The notes beneath the pieces were generated by a model. It did not search any database, was not told where the DNA came from, and saw nothing but the letters and a program-made list of their open reading frames with translations. The translations under genes and the position numbers were made by a program. A stretch of DNA of 64,000 bases, from assembly GCA_002269645.1 (NCBI GenBank), contig NIVC01001112.1, positions 1 to 64,000 of the forward strand. The letters run 5' to 3'. This document shows positions 36,647-50,100 of this stretch, piece by piece (position 1 is the stretch's first letter; every line of letters starts with the position of its first letter). The stretch is from Macrostomum lignano (taxonomy: Eukaryota).

Positions 36647-39600
36647 GGTTGAATTTTCGACTGTCTTCTTGGCTGCTTCTCGACTTCTTTTGGCGGGGAA
36701 TTTTTAAGAAAACTTTACTACGCAAGCTGACTCTGACTGAGAACTGAGAACCAGCTAACTCGGTAGAGAAGGCGATATTGTTCAGTAATGCTAGCGCAGA
36801 AGCAGAAGACGGGAGCAGCCTACAAGGCTGTAAGGTGGGGTTGGATAGACAGAGGCGGGCAAAAAAAGGAAGGGGTGAGAAAGTTAGACTAGAAAAAAGA
36901 AGCTCTGCGGTGGGCTGCTGGGCTAAGGAGGGCAGCATAGATGGCGGGATGAAGCGGCTTGAGTGAGTCGACTTAGCAAGAGAGTGCGGCGCTGGCAATG
37001 ATGAAGGGATGCTGGCCTGGGTGGGGGTGAGCTCTGCTGAGGAGCAGGGAAGAGCGAGAAAGAGGAAGGGAGAGACACGCTGACCAAACCAGACTTAGGC
37101 CTTTTGTGGAGGCTGTTGGAGTGTGGCTTTGGCGATGACGGAGGCTGCAGGATGAGTGTGGGCGTTGGGGAGAGGGGGTTGACGCCATATATGCGTATCT
37201 CAGTTCTCCCCTCTCCCTTCGAACCCTCCAACCCTTCCGTTCAATCCGAGATTTCCTAACCCGAGATGCAGTGAAAACGGACGGAGGGGCTGCCCGACTG
37301 ACTAAGGGGGAGGCTGGACCTCCCATTCCCTGCCTGTCCCTCTCAGTCGGGTTGGGCGACTAAAAATTGATATTTTATAGAATGCGCCGACTAAGGCCTT
37401 GTGTTGTTGAGCTACGAAGAAGGAGAGGGAGGAGAGGAGAGAGAGAGAGAAGGAATGCTTTTCTATCCTCTATCGCATTCGTCAGTACACTAGAAAAAAT
37501 AGACAGCATTGGGAGGGACATGCAGCGCAGATAAATACAGGAGAGGCGACTAATACCAGGATTAGGGAGCGAGAGAGAAGGGGAAGAGGGGATGAGGGGA
37601 AGAGCAATAGGGAAGGCGAAGGACACTGTACAGTGGGGAAACCTACTTTAGCGCAGATAGATGTTCCAGCTCCGCAATCTTTTCCTTCCCTTTCTGTGTT
37701 CTCTCCCTCACACACACAGCTGCCTCGCAGTGCTACCACATGTATTAAGCATATAATATAGCTAGGACCAACCTCAGCAGGTTAACAAGGTCGGCAGGTG
37801 GGCAGGAGTAGGCAAGGCAAATGTCTTTTTGTGTCCACAGCCTTCAACCACCAGTGCGGGCCGTGCACAAGAAAACCCTACAGCAGAAGGCCGGACGTGC
37901 CCTCTGGCATCGGGGTGGCTGGCAGACTGAAGTCACGGCATGCGGGGGAAGAGAGGGAAGAGAAACAGGCCGAGACAAGCGTGGACAAAAAATAGTAATA
38001 GGCGACAGAGACCGATTGAGGGGCTTAAGCCAGTTGGGAGACAGAATCGGGTTAATGAAGGCTGAGAAAGTTTTTCAACTGCAAAGAACCAACTCTTTAG
38101 TAGATTTAGTACAGGCTAGAATTTTCTCAAGTTTAGTATTTTTTCCATTGAGAGAATATGCAAATTAATAATGTATTCAACATTTATCGCACGATCTCCA
38201 GTCTTTTGATGAAACTGCTTTCAACTTTTTTCGTCTCAGTCTAGTTCGCCTAAGTTAGTCTCTGTCCGAAGTAATTTGCATGAAATTGATCTTGTGTTGA
38301 GAGATATGACATGCAAATGTGTATGTGTATCTGAGGTCTTAAAGATCCATTGTTCGAAGTTGAGTCATGCGAAGGACATGAAAACATCATAAAAACATCA
38401 TGGGAACGGAGAGCAGAGGAGAGGAGGAGATAAAGGAGAGAAGAGGATAGAAGATGAGAGGAGAGGAGAGGATAGGATAGGAGAGGAGAGGAGAGGAGAG
38501 GAGAGGAGAGGAGAGGAGAGGAGAGGAGAGGAGAGGAGAGGAGAGGAGAGTAGAGGAGAGGAGAGGAGAGGAGAGGAGAGGATAGGATAGGAGAGGAGAG
38601 GAGAGGAGAGGAGAGGAGAGGAGAGGAGAGGAGAGGATAGGATAGGAGAGGAGAGGAGAGGAGAGGAGAGGAGAGGAGAGGAGAGGAGAGGATAGGATAG
38701 GAGAGGAGAGGAGAGGAGAGGAGAGGAGAGGAGAGGAGAGGAGAGGAGAGGAGAGGAGAGGAGAGGAGAGGAGAGGAGAGGAGAGGAGAGGAGAGGAGAG
38801 GAGAGGAGAGGAGAGGAGAGGAGAGGAGAGGAGAGGAGAGGAGAGGAGAGGAGAGGAGAGGAGAGGAGAGGAGAGAGGAGAGGAGAGGAGAGGAGACTAC
38901 AGGAGAGAAAATTAGAGGACAGGAGAGGAGAGGAGAGAGAAGGAAATCTATTCTAGAAGAGCGAATAGAGCGGAATGCATTGAATTATGAGAGTGTGTTG
39001 GACCACATCAGGGTAGCGTTGGGATGAGCCTGAGCTCAAAGACCTGACGTCTCAGTAGCAAGAACAAACTAGAAAATGCACTCAGCGCATGCTTACAAAG
39101 ATAATTGTTATCATTACGAGTCACCCCATTGCCGAAACACGAGCGTATTGCCCTCAATGCTATCATTTCCGACAGAGATGGACCATAAAAAAACGAACGA
39201 ACTCAGCTACAGGTTGGCCAGCATGACTACTAGCTGATAATTAACTCGTAATGGGCAGTACGTTTTATGAGCTGGCTAGTTTTCTTTTACCACATCCGAC
39301 ACTGCACCAAAATTACTCTCTTAGGAGGACGACAGATCGGATAGACTAAAGATACTCACTGCAGCCAGACAGAGAGACAAAGGCAAAAGTAGGAAGGAAG
39401 CAGACTTGTTCAATAGAAACTTCACAGGTTTTTAAACTTAGACTATATAGAGAAATTCAATAGCTGGTGTTATCTATAGAGAGCTTCTCGTTAGCTGCGA
39501 AATCTTTGATCGATATACTCGTAGCTACTATCCTTAGATGACCTTCTTACCAACAAAGTACAGTGTATCATGTCATGGTCGAAATTCGGAAACGCACTTC

Positions 39601-42600
39601 TTGAACGTGTTCTACGTTGCATAGCTCTAGACTTAAATCTTGATTTTTAACACCAGTTAAAATGTTTATCGTCATGTTTAGGTCGAAACGACACTAACTC
39701 CTCTACTTAGTTAGTTAGTGCTACTTTAGTTAGTAGAATATCCAGATTATTTATATGATTATTAACAAAAAAAGTGACAAAATTGGATTAGCACGTGACA
39801 TTACTGCAGGTCTAAACAGTTTTGTTATTTTTGTCATATGCATTTCGGTTGATTTACTCCAAATTTTGGGAAACAAAAAATAAAATTTAATTAAGCCTGT
39901 AACCGCGTTTTTCAGCAAGATTCTTTTTGTTTTTGTTGTTAAAAAGCCGCTGCAGAAGTCACGTGTTCTGCTTAACTATTAATTAAACAAATTGAATTTG
40001 CTGGCCTACTCTCGTAGGAGCGAAGCTCAGATTGAAAATCCCTTTCTGGGACAAACAAATGAACTGTATATGCTACATACAAAAATTATTCTATTTAATT
40101 AAATTTTTCAATTAGAATGAATCGTGGAAAATGTGGAAATTCCAAACGTCTCATATATTGATAAAATACACTTTTATTCTAAATTGTCAATCGATATGGC
40201 CAAATGAATCTGTGAATGAAGCAACATAAAAAGGATAAAAACACATGCATTATGTATGTAGCTAATTGAATTTTTAACTCAACTCAAGAGAGCGCCATCA
40301 ATGTGAGAACGTATTTGACTTGCGAATCTTTAATAGTGACCAATAACTGAACGCTATATTATCATTTTGGCACTGCAGCAACTAAGAACAGACATTATTT
40401 TGTACTTTACATCCAAACCAGAGGTAAAAGCATCACAAAGCATCCCCAGGATAAAAACTTTTTGGGGCAGACAAGCAAGTAAAATTAGCAGAATTAATTA
40501 CGTTTTACCTGTAAAACTTCTTAACCTATTATTATCATCTATTATCTCTGAGTGTTACAACTTTCACTCTCTATGCAGTATATTAACACATTCTCGGGAT
40601 TTGCTGCAGCAGCACTTGTTGTTGCATTTCCATAGTAAATGTTTGGTAGCAAACACTCGGTTCGCAAGTGGCTACGCTCTCCCTCTACACACATGCCGAC
40701 TAAAAACGCCCTCTATAAAGCCCTAAACAAATTAAACAAATTGAAGTTGCTGGCCTACTCTCGTAGGAGCGAAGCTCAGATTGAAAATCCCTTTCTGGGA
40801 CAAACAAATGAACTGTATATGCCACATACAAAAATCATTTTATTTAATTAAATTTTTCAATTAGAATGAATCGCTGTTATTAAAAAAAACTGCCGGGTTT
40901 TACACAAAAATAGATTAACAAATCGCAAGAAGAATTTTTAATGGCTTGTCGCAGATTTTAATCATGTAAAGATGGCCGTTTTAATTCGCTCGTTTACATC
41001 CAAATGCAATTCAGAAATCGGGAGGGCCTCATCAAAATGTTTGTTTTCTCCATCGAATGAGCGATGTGTAAAGAAGAGATTTCCAGGTCCAACAGTGGGA
41101 ATGCGTCAGGGAGACCGCGGTTTCCAAAAGCCGCGACAGATCCTTCAAGCATTGGAAGCATTCAAAGTACACCTTTTTGCGCTCGATTTTGTGAAATCTG
41201 CGTTAAATTTGGTGCGAATTCGCCCAAATAGAACGCAGCTTAGACCAAATTGGTTGCTGCATGGTTTTCTGCGCATGTCTATGGCAAACCATGTCTTTCG
41301 GCTTGGCTCGAATTGTCGCTGCGTGTGTCGTACCAAATTGAACGCAGTTGACACAATGACAATGGCAATTTCCTCGCTGGACCCACTAGAAGATGGTGAA
41401 GATCCGAAAGGTACATGTACGTGGGTTCAAAGATTCAAAGTGCATGCACTGCAAACTTTACTACTTTAAGTAGGAAAAGCAGAAAGACGCATTTCTGGCG
41501 CTTATTGGCAAGCGAATGTTCAGCCCATCCAGACGATATCGATATTGAGAAGTAGTCTTATACAATTACCTGAAGACCTTGCTGAGTGAAGAGCCAAAAT
41601 AACATAAATCTGTAATCGCCTACCGATACGAGTTTCACAGCATGAGGCAGGAGCCCAACGAGGATTCGCACTTTGTCGTACAATCATAGACTGAAGCAAC
41701 TGGCCGACGACTGCCAGTTCAACGACATCGTCAAGGACCGTCTTCGTGACCAGTTTATATTTGGACTTTCGAACAAAGATATCCTACGCAAGCTATTGGC
41801 CGAGAAACTCGATCGCGGAACTAACTTGGGGCAAAGGTTACCGCTGTTGCATCAGCGTGCGAATCTGTGTGCAAAAGAGGTGGGAAAGACATGGCGGACT
41901 CAGGCGTATTACAGATGCGCCAGTCGATCAGGGGTAAATCGACCCCGTTACCAGAATTCGGCAATTGAGAGTAGCCTGAAAAGGCCTCCCGTTGAGGGAA
42001 AACAGATATCTTGCTTCTGCTGTGGAAAGCAAAGACATGTGAAGAGTGAATTTCGACTGCACAAGCTGCTCAAGTTTGAATATTGCGGAAAAGTGAGACA
42101 TCTCAAAGCCCTCTGTAAAACACTATAACCTCGCACTCTACTTTTCATATGCGTATGCATGAAGCTTTAACGGTGAATTTGATTGTCTTGTAAAAGTAGG
42201 AATGACTATTTTTGTGCATCGATCAGGGGTGTACAGGGGGAACATGCCCCCCCCCCAAGTAAAAGCTATGGGGGACATGCCATTGTTTTGTCCCCGGCCC
42301 CCACCCCACCTTGTGACCCATTATGGAAATCAATAATTTTGCTTCAGGGCGACAAAATATAGCGCCTGCGGCACCAAAATGACTGCCTGCGGCGCCAAAA
42401 TGAGTGCCTGCGGCGCTAAAATGAGTGCCTGCGGCACCAAAATGAGTGCCTGCGGCGCTAAAATGACTGCCTGTGGCGCTAAAATGAGTGCCTGCGGCAC
42501 CAAAATGAGTGCCTGCGGCGCTAAAATGAGTGCCTGCGGTGCCAAAAGTAATACCTGCGGCGGCGCCAAAAGTAATGCCAGCGGCGCCAAAATGAGTGAC

Positions 42601-43390
42601 TGCGGCACCAAAATGACTGCCTGCGGCACCAAAATGAGTGCCTGCGGCACCAAAATGAGTGCCTGCGGCGCTAAAATGAGTGCCTGCGGCGCTAAAATGA
42701 GTGCCTGCGGCGCTAAAATGAGTGCCTGCGGCACCAAAATGACTGCCTGCGGCGCCAAAATGAGTGCCTGCGGCGCTAAAATGAGTGCCTGCGGCACCAA
42801 AATGAGTGCCTGCGGCGCTAAAATGACTGCCTGTGGCGCTAAAATGAGTGCCTGCGGCGCCAAAATGAATGCCTGCGGCGCCAAAATGACTGCCGGCCGC
42901 GCTAAAATGAGCGCTGTCAACACCGATTCTGAAAATTATGTACATTTAGGAATTTAGTCATTTACATGTGCATGTAGAACTCTTGGCTTTGTCCCCCCAC
43001 CATAAATCCATGGCGACGCCCCTGGCATCTATCATGCATCACTTTGAAGATCAGGTCATCATAGCCAATTTACACGGTTTTGCGAGTCTGTAGAATCTGC
43101 ACAAAAGTTTTGATAATCTCGGAATAGCAAAACCAGAATTTCGTGCAGACTGCATGACATGCATTTCCCTTGTTCGCTGGAACAGACCAACAGAAACTAA
43201 TTGAAATGGGTGTCAGCTGTGCGTTTCGCGGGACACTCAGTCTGTTCTATCATACCAGCTGACCAATCAAACAGCTTCATCACAGTCGTCTTGAGATTCT
43301 AGGTAGCCAGCTGTATATTAAATCGCATCCGTCATTCTTCGCTAGAAAATGAGCTGTAAGGTACACAGATAAACCTTGAATATTGTTTTA

Positions 43391-44869
43391 ATGACGACTT
43401 CCTGCTTAACAACTATCATCATTCTGCAGTCGCTGATTGCAGCTTCTGTGCTTGGCAGTCGTCAACTGGCCCATCGCTACATGGGCTGCTACATTGAAAG
43501 TGTGCCAGCAGATCGCGATCTCGTCGGATTGAAAGGACTTCTTCAAGTTGGTCCATACAAGGTGAGCAGTCCGCGCGAAGGCCTGACCTCCTTAGCTGGA
43601 ATGACTATCGACATGTGCAGCAAAGTGTGCTCTCTGGGCGGTTTCGAGTACTTTGGCGTGCAATATGGTTCCTACTGCTCCTGCGATAACACCTTCGGTT
43701 CTTTCGGACGAGCCAGCGAGTCTGACTGCTCCCAGCCCTGCGTTGGGAATGCCACTCAGAAGTGTGGCAATAGTTACCGGAACTCGATGTACCATGTCTC
43801 CTATTTGAGTAAGAACTGTTTGGTTGTCGTGTGGACAGCTAAACCACTCCATTGTGCTTGATTCCGAGGACTGCCAACCCCTCCATGATGCTTGATTCCG
43901 TGGGCTGCCAACCCCTCCATGATGCTTGATTCCGTGGGCTGCCAACCCCTCCATGATGTTGAATTCTGTGGGCTGCCAACCCCTCCATGGTGCTTGATTC
44001 CGTGGACTGCCAACCCCTCCATGAGGCTTGATTGTGTGGGCTGCCAACCCCTCCATGATGTTGAATTCTGTGGGCTGCCAACCCCTCCATGGTGCTTGAT
44101 TCCGTGGACTGCCAACCCCTCCATGAGGCTTGATTCCGTGGACTGCCAACCCCTCCATGATGCTGGGTTCTGTGGACTGCCAACCCCTCCATGATGCTTG
44201 ATTCCGTGGGCTGCCAACCCCTCCATGATGCTTGATTCCGAGGGATGCCAACCCCTCCATGATGCTTGATTCCGTGGACTGCCAACCCCTCCATGATGCT
44301 GGGTTCTGTGGACTGCCAACCCCTCCATGATGCTTGATTCCGTGGACTGCCAACCCCTCCATGATGCTGCTGGATTCTGTGGGTTGCCAACCCCTTAATG
44401 ATGCTGGATTCCTTCGGCTGCCAACCCCTCCATGATGCTTGACCCTGTGGACTGCCAACCCCTTCACCTCCGTGATGCTTTTTGCATATAGACTTCTAAA
44501 CCTAAAACTCACTGATTCCCTCCCTGCCACAAGCCCCCTCCCTCCCTGATGCTTCAGTGCGAATCTACGAGTATCAAGAGCAATAACATTCCAGACAATC
44601 GCTGCATGACACTGTCAATGAACATCACCACCTCGAATGTATCGGTGCCCATCGTTAGCGTCAGCAAAAAATACGGGTACGCCTTTGAAATTGATCAACT
44701 GAGCAGCTCGCAGGATCAACTGGGCTGTGTCCTGGAGTGCCAGACCACCGTCTGGTGTCAGGCGGCCTTCTATGGAGCCGGCTGGCGAGACTGCTGCCAC
44801 CTGCTGCGGTTTGCCGCGGTGCCAGAGGCTCTGTCTAGAGTGCCGGGACTGCTGTGGGTTAGGAAGTGA
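43391..44869 (+). CDS. Secreted WSC-domain protein with a C-terminal PAN/Apple-like Cys motif, 2 exons
   Basis: Signal-peptide-like MTTSCLTTIIILQSLIAASVLG; WSC pattern YMGCY..DRDL..MTIDMCSKVC..YFGVQYGSYCSC..CSQPCVGNATQKCGNSYRNSMY (exon to ~43808). Second block 44558-44869 contains GCVLECQTTVWCQAAFY..CCHLL. The best donor (phase 1) and acceptor (phase 0) do not agree, so the junction is unresolved. Confidence 0.75.
43850..44470. repeat. 34-bp minisatellite filling the WSC gene intron
   Basis: Unit ctgccaacccctccatgatgcttgattccgtggg. Confidence 0.95.
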
Positions 44870-44879
44870 GAGGCTAGGC

Positions 44880-44917
44880 TGACAGACAGACACTAAGGCA
44901 GACAGACAGACAGACAT

Positions 44918-44968
<51 letters not shown>

Positions 44969-45005
44969 CTAAGACAGACAGACAGACAGACAGACACACA
45001 GACAC

Positions 45006-45038
<33 letters not shown>

Positions 45039-45051
45039 TAGACAGACAGAC

Positions 45052-45128
<77 letters not shown>

Positions 45129-45173
45129 CACAGACAGACAGACAGAAAGACAGACAGACAGACAGACAGAGAC

Positions 45174-45264
<91 letters not shown>

Positions 45265-45265
45265 G
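44880..45265. repeat. (GACA)n microsatellite; shorter tracts at 178-243 and 9475-9567
   Basis: Tetranucleotide repeat. Confidence 0.98.
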
Positions 45266-46730
45266 GACAGTTATAATCAGTTACATGTAGACGGACATGG
45301 TTGAAAAAACCGACACTTTAATTGACTATTCGTATGCTTTGCTCAAATTTGAGCAACTTTCTATTCATCCTGCAGCTGAAGCAGTAGAAAACCCGAGTCG
45401 TCAGGCTGCATGCGAAAATAGACAGCTGAAACAAGAACTAAAATGTCAATATAAACCTGCGCAGGAATAAGTCAATAACATTCGCAGTTTATTTCTCATT
45501 ATCAACCCGGTCATCTGCATTGATAAATACATCCAGCCTTCAGAATTCCAATAAGCAAACAGGACCGCCCCATGCAGTACAGCTCTAAAATGTAAATGGA
45601 AAACTGCCGAGTGTACTTAGTTGCTAAGCAACAGATGCGATGGTAAATTCATTTCATGGGGCGGAATTTATAATTCACACTATAAATCCTCCTTTCCTGC
45701 AAAAAATCATTTCATAAATTCAGGATTATAATAGGGATAAATAGCTAGTTTTGCTATAGCAATTCTACTCTGACTTAGTGATGCAGAACTCACACTGCTA
45801 TGCATTACGAGTACATGCACATGAGGGCTTTTTTAGCGCTAAATTACAATTCAAAATTTTCGCCCTTCAGTCAAATACACTCAGCAACATCGAAAAGTCG
45901 CCATCACAGAAGATTCCGTCTGTGGTCGCCACTTTTGAGAGTGCAGCTGTAAAGTCTCCCAATCTTTATTGCCAGTGACGCAACTCAGCTACGCCACGCG
46001 GCAGATTTAGGTTGAGGAATGAAGTGGAGGCGCGGTGTGCGAGGGTTGGACGGATTAAAAAGCTACCCCGATCAGTTTTCTCGTAGCTTATATTTCAAAA
46101 CAGTCCAAGAGAAATTGCTCACTGTGACCTTTCAATGTTGCTGAGTATACATGTACATGTATATACAATCGAAGTTGCAAGTGTAGACATACATATTGTA
46201 CATGTACAGATCGTGTATCTATGTACCGCATGTGCAGTAGTAATTGAGCAGTGCATTAACACACCAGCAGACTCACTACGTGACCTGTAAATAATGCATG
46301 CATACATCATGAGCTCTAGAGCCATAACCTCCGAGGCTTAAGGCCTAAAGATGATAGCACCACTGCTGTACACACTTGGTGTGGAGTCATCACGAATCAT
46401 CGGTATGGGGACATGACTACATGTAATGTACATGTACATGTATTTGCCTCCCTTGCTGGCTGCTCGTGGGTCGACTGCAGTAACTACGACGTACATAACT
46501 ATACAGAGCTATACTGAATTGTTCAAGCAAGCTGTAATATACTCTGCCCGAAATTGTCACACAACCATTGTCACACATTGGCTGCCAATTCCGCCGACTC
46601 CCCTGAGCAGGCACACAAGCGCGCGGATACGTACGCATGCAGTCTTACGCACAGGCGCACACTCTGAACACAGCAGTGTACAGCGGCCCTAACTTTATTC
46701 ACCGTTAGTCATTACACACTTCACTGTGAC

Positions 46731-46883
46731 TTAGGGTTGGCCCTCAAGGCCGTTAATTTCACGAGCAGAGCCAAGCCGAGAGGGCCCAATTTTAGGCCCA
46801 AATTATTGTGACTGCACTGGGAATCGAGCCTGGGCCGCTGGCACATCAGAGCGCCCGCGCTAGACCGCTAGCTAGGCTACGGC
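46731..46883 (-). mobile_element. tRNA-like (SINE-type) dispersed repeat; truncated copy at 60968-61087 on the + strand
   Basis: Minus strand gccgtagcctagctagcgg...ggctcgattcc gives A/B-box-like motifs; the shared segment gcgctctgatgtgccagcggcc..gcagtcac..gggcc..aattaacggcc..gggccaaccc occurs in both copies. Confidence 0.5.
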
Positions 46884-47167
46884 TTCATAAATATATAAAT
46901 AATGCAGATTTAATTACTGAAAACCGAAATTTCACTTCATAGATCCTCTCACGAATTAGTGTATTTGACAAAGCATGGTTTACGATTACAAAGCAGGTTC
47001 AAAACAGCAAATTGGAAGCTGAGGAAAAATGCTGCTTAAGAACACAAATGTAACTGCTAAGCTTAATTATAAAAGAAACAGTCGGCATGAACATATATGT
47101 ATAAAATGAATGCGACTTCGTAGCCAAATAGCATGCGCAAATCAAGCTAGCATTGATTGAATTATAA

Positions 47168-50100
47168 TTATGTAGAGGACGATATCATCTGTTCCAATTT
47201 TGATTTTGCCTGCTTTCCATTTGCTAATGCCGCTTTGATAGAGTCCTGAAACAGTTTAAATTGGACAGGTTTTAATGCTTATATAAACACGTATGAGAGT
47301 TTTAGATAGCCCAGCAACTGAGGATCTGGGAGGCTGGCCCAGCAACTGAAGATCTGGGAGGATGGCCAGCAACTGGGAGGCTGGCCCAGCAACTGAAGAT
47401 CTGGGAGGCTGGCCCAGCAACTGAAGATCTGGGAGGCTGACCCAGCAACTGAGAATCTGGGAGGCTGGCCCAGCAACTGGGGATCTGGGAGGCTGGCCCA
47501 GCAACTGGGGATCTGGGAGGCTGGCCCAGCAACTGACACTCTGGGAGGCTGGCCCAGTAACTGACACTCTGGGAGGCTGGCCCAGCAATTGAGGATCTGG
47601 GAGGCTGGCCCAGCAACTGGGGATCTGGGAGGCTGGCCCAGCAACTGGGGATCTGGGAGGCTGGCCCAGCAACTGACACTCTGGGAGGCTGGCCCAGTAA
47701 CTGACACTCTGGGAGGCTGGCCCAGCAATTGAGGATCTGGGAGGCTGGCCCAGCAACTGGGGATCTGGGAGGCTAGCCCAGCAACTGAAGATCTGGGAGG
47801 CTGGCCCAGCAACTGAGGATCTGGGAGGCTGACACAGCAACTGAGGATTTGGGAGCAGTGTTGCTACAGGCATTTGAAAAAAAATAGACGCAGCCGATAA
47901 AAAAAACGCAGGCAGTACTAAAAATTATAATGAAGCTCAGAACTACTCTATTATACATTCATGCCTCTGCCCTGCCTACGTGGGTGTGCTCTGTGTTTTT
48001 GCATATGTACACGGCACCGTGTAAAGCAACAATTTTCTTAACAAATCCGAAGCCTGCTGTCCTTAATTTTTAGATGCGAACTGCTAGTACATTACATGTT
48101 AGATGCCAGTCAGTAGCTAATACAAGTATTAAGAAGCTGTTCTCGAGTTGCACAACTGCAGGCTGTACCCTTGTCTGTTGAGCAAATAATGATGAACGAC
48201 ATCAAGGAGTTCGAGGAACAAATTTACATTGCACTATTAGTAGAATACAGAGAAATGATCTAGGCCCTGAAACATCCTAGCACTGTGCCCTGGACATACA
48301 ACTATACTGTATAAATGCACACAAGTGACTAGCAGCCCTAGGATGATTAACAACAAGATACATTAGCAACGAAACATGTTCTTATATCTAATGCATAATA
48401 GAAAATCATGACGATGCTGAGCAATACGATAGTAAAAAGGCTGAGAGTACATCAGTACATTTTATTCCAAAATCAACACGGCTACCAGCCAACCAGCAGA
48501 TGTCATAAATGGTCACATGCAAAAATTTATGTATTTCCTCTTTAATCAGCAGCGGCCAGCGAGTGCACAAAAATTGGCCGATGGATATTGGCTAACAGAC
48601 AAACTAGGATACGCAACTTATCCTGCACTTATTGGGTTGTCCAGAAAGTTCTGTCCAATTTTTTCACATGGTCTAACTTCCTTATACTAAAACTTTCTTA
48701 TCTATTATCCATTGTTGTTCATATTTGCCTATTAGCAATGCATGTTACTCACCTTTCTACCACCACCTGCATCTAACTGAAAGTACAAGTACACTATAGA
48801 ATAGATTACCCTAATGCGCACGTTTCCCAGTTCCCATCGTAAAGTGGTAAAGGCAAGTCATTCTAGTTCTGGTTAGTAGCCAGTCAGTTGGCTACATGTT
48901 GGATATAGAGTCCCAAAATATTGCATAACATGTTTGTGTATAGCCAAGATCGCCAGTTACTACTGTAAAATAACTTCTGTAGTTACTCTACTATGCACCT
49001 GATCTGATACCTCCCCAATTACACAGTCCTACACATGTGCTAATCAAACTTCCCAAATTTGGTGCTGTTGCTGTTCTTTAGCAGTTCAATACTAGGGGTG
49101 TTCGGGGTTCGGGGTCGGGTCGGGTTTCGGGTCGGGTTTTGGTACCGGGTTCGGGGTTCGGGTTGGAAGAAATGTTCGGGACGGGGTTCGGGGTAGGGGT
49201 ACCGGGTTCGGGGTAAACCCCGAACCCCGAAAAAATTGCCGACCCGAACACCCCTATTCAATACAACAATATTTAGGCCATATTGTTGATGTTGTGTCAC
49301 ATCACTGCCACATAACACTGCAAGTTTGCAGGACATGATGAAGCGATTGCTAAAATGGTTAACTAATTTGTATTACCTACTCAGCTGGTCCTACTGGCGA
49401 ATGATTGGAAGATTGCGAATGATCTATATACAAAATAAAGACAAAAATACACGCTAATGCAGAATAAAATGAAGGGGTTGCTTTCACAAGCTCGAAATTT
49501 CACATCCTCGAAACACTATACTAGCCTAACCCTAGCCAATCCTAACCCAAACCAAAGACTAAAAGTGAAGTCGGCTGCTAAAACTTTTGAGGATGTGAAA
49601 TTTCGAGCTTTTTTGAAGTTGGCTGCTAAAATGGTTTTCGAGGATGTGAAGATTCGAGCTTATGAAGTTGGCTGCTAAAATGGTCTTCGAGGTTGTGAAT
49701 TTTCGAGCCTATGAAGTTTCGGATTTATGAAAGGATGTGCTTTTCGAGGTTGTGAAATTTCGAGCTTGTGAAGCGACCCCAAATGCAGGAAGTAGTTTTC
49801 TTTGTATTTTTCAAACAATGGATTTTAAGATAAACAAAGCTGATGCAACAAACATAAAACGTGGGATTTTAGATAATACAACAGCAAAAAGGACCACTTA
49901 AGTCACCAAAAAACAGCTAGCAAGTAAAAACGCAGAATGAAAAAAAAACGCAGAAAAAAACGCACAAACGCAGATTTTTCAAAGAAAAAACGCAGCTGCG
50001 TTAAAAACGCAGCCTGTAGCAACACTGTTTGGGAGGCTGGCCCAGCAACTGGGGATGTGAGAGGCTGGCAGGGCAACTGGGGATCTGGGAGGCTGACACG

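Larger units (their letters stand above)
21535..43598. other. Direct duplication of ~10.7 kb (A ~21535-32224; B 32884-43598) around a 659-N scaffold gap (32225-32883)
   Basis: The same sequence and ORFs recur at an offset of 11333-11374. A ends exactly at the gap and B starts exactly at the gap. Confidence 0.97.
47856..50027. mobile_element. 2.17-kb non-autonomous hAT element inserted into the 28-bp minisatellite of LYRM2 intron 2
   Basis: Perfect 15-bp TIR cagtgttgctacagg; 8-bp TSD tttgggag (47848-47855 / 50028-50035); subterminal aaaacgcag motifs at both ends. Confidence 0.92.
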
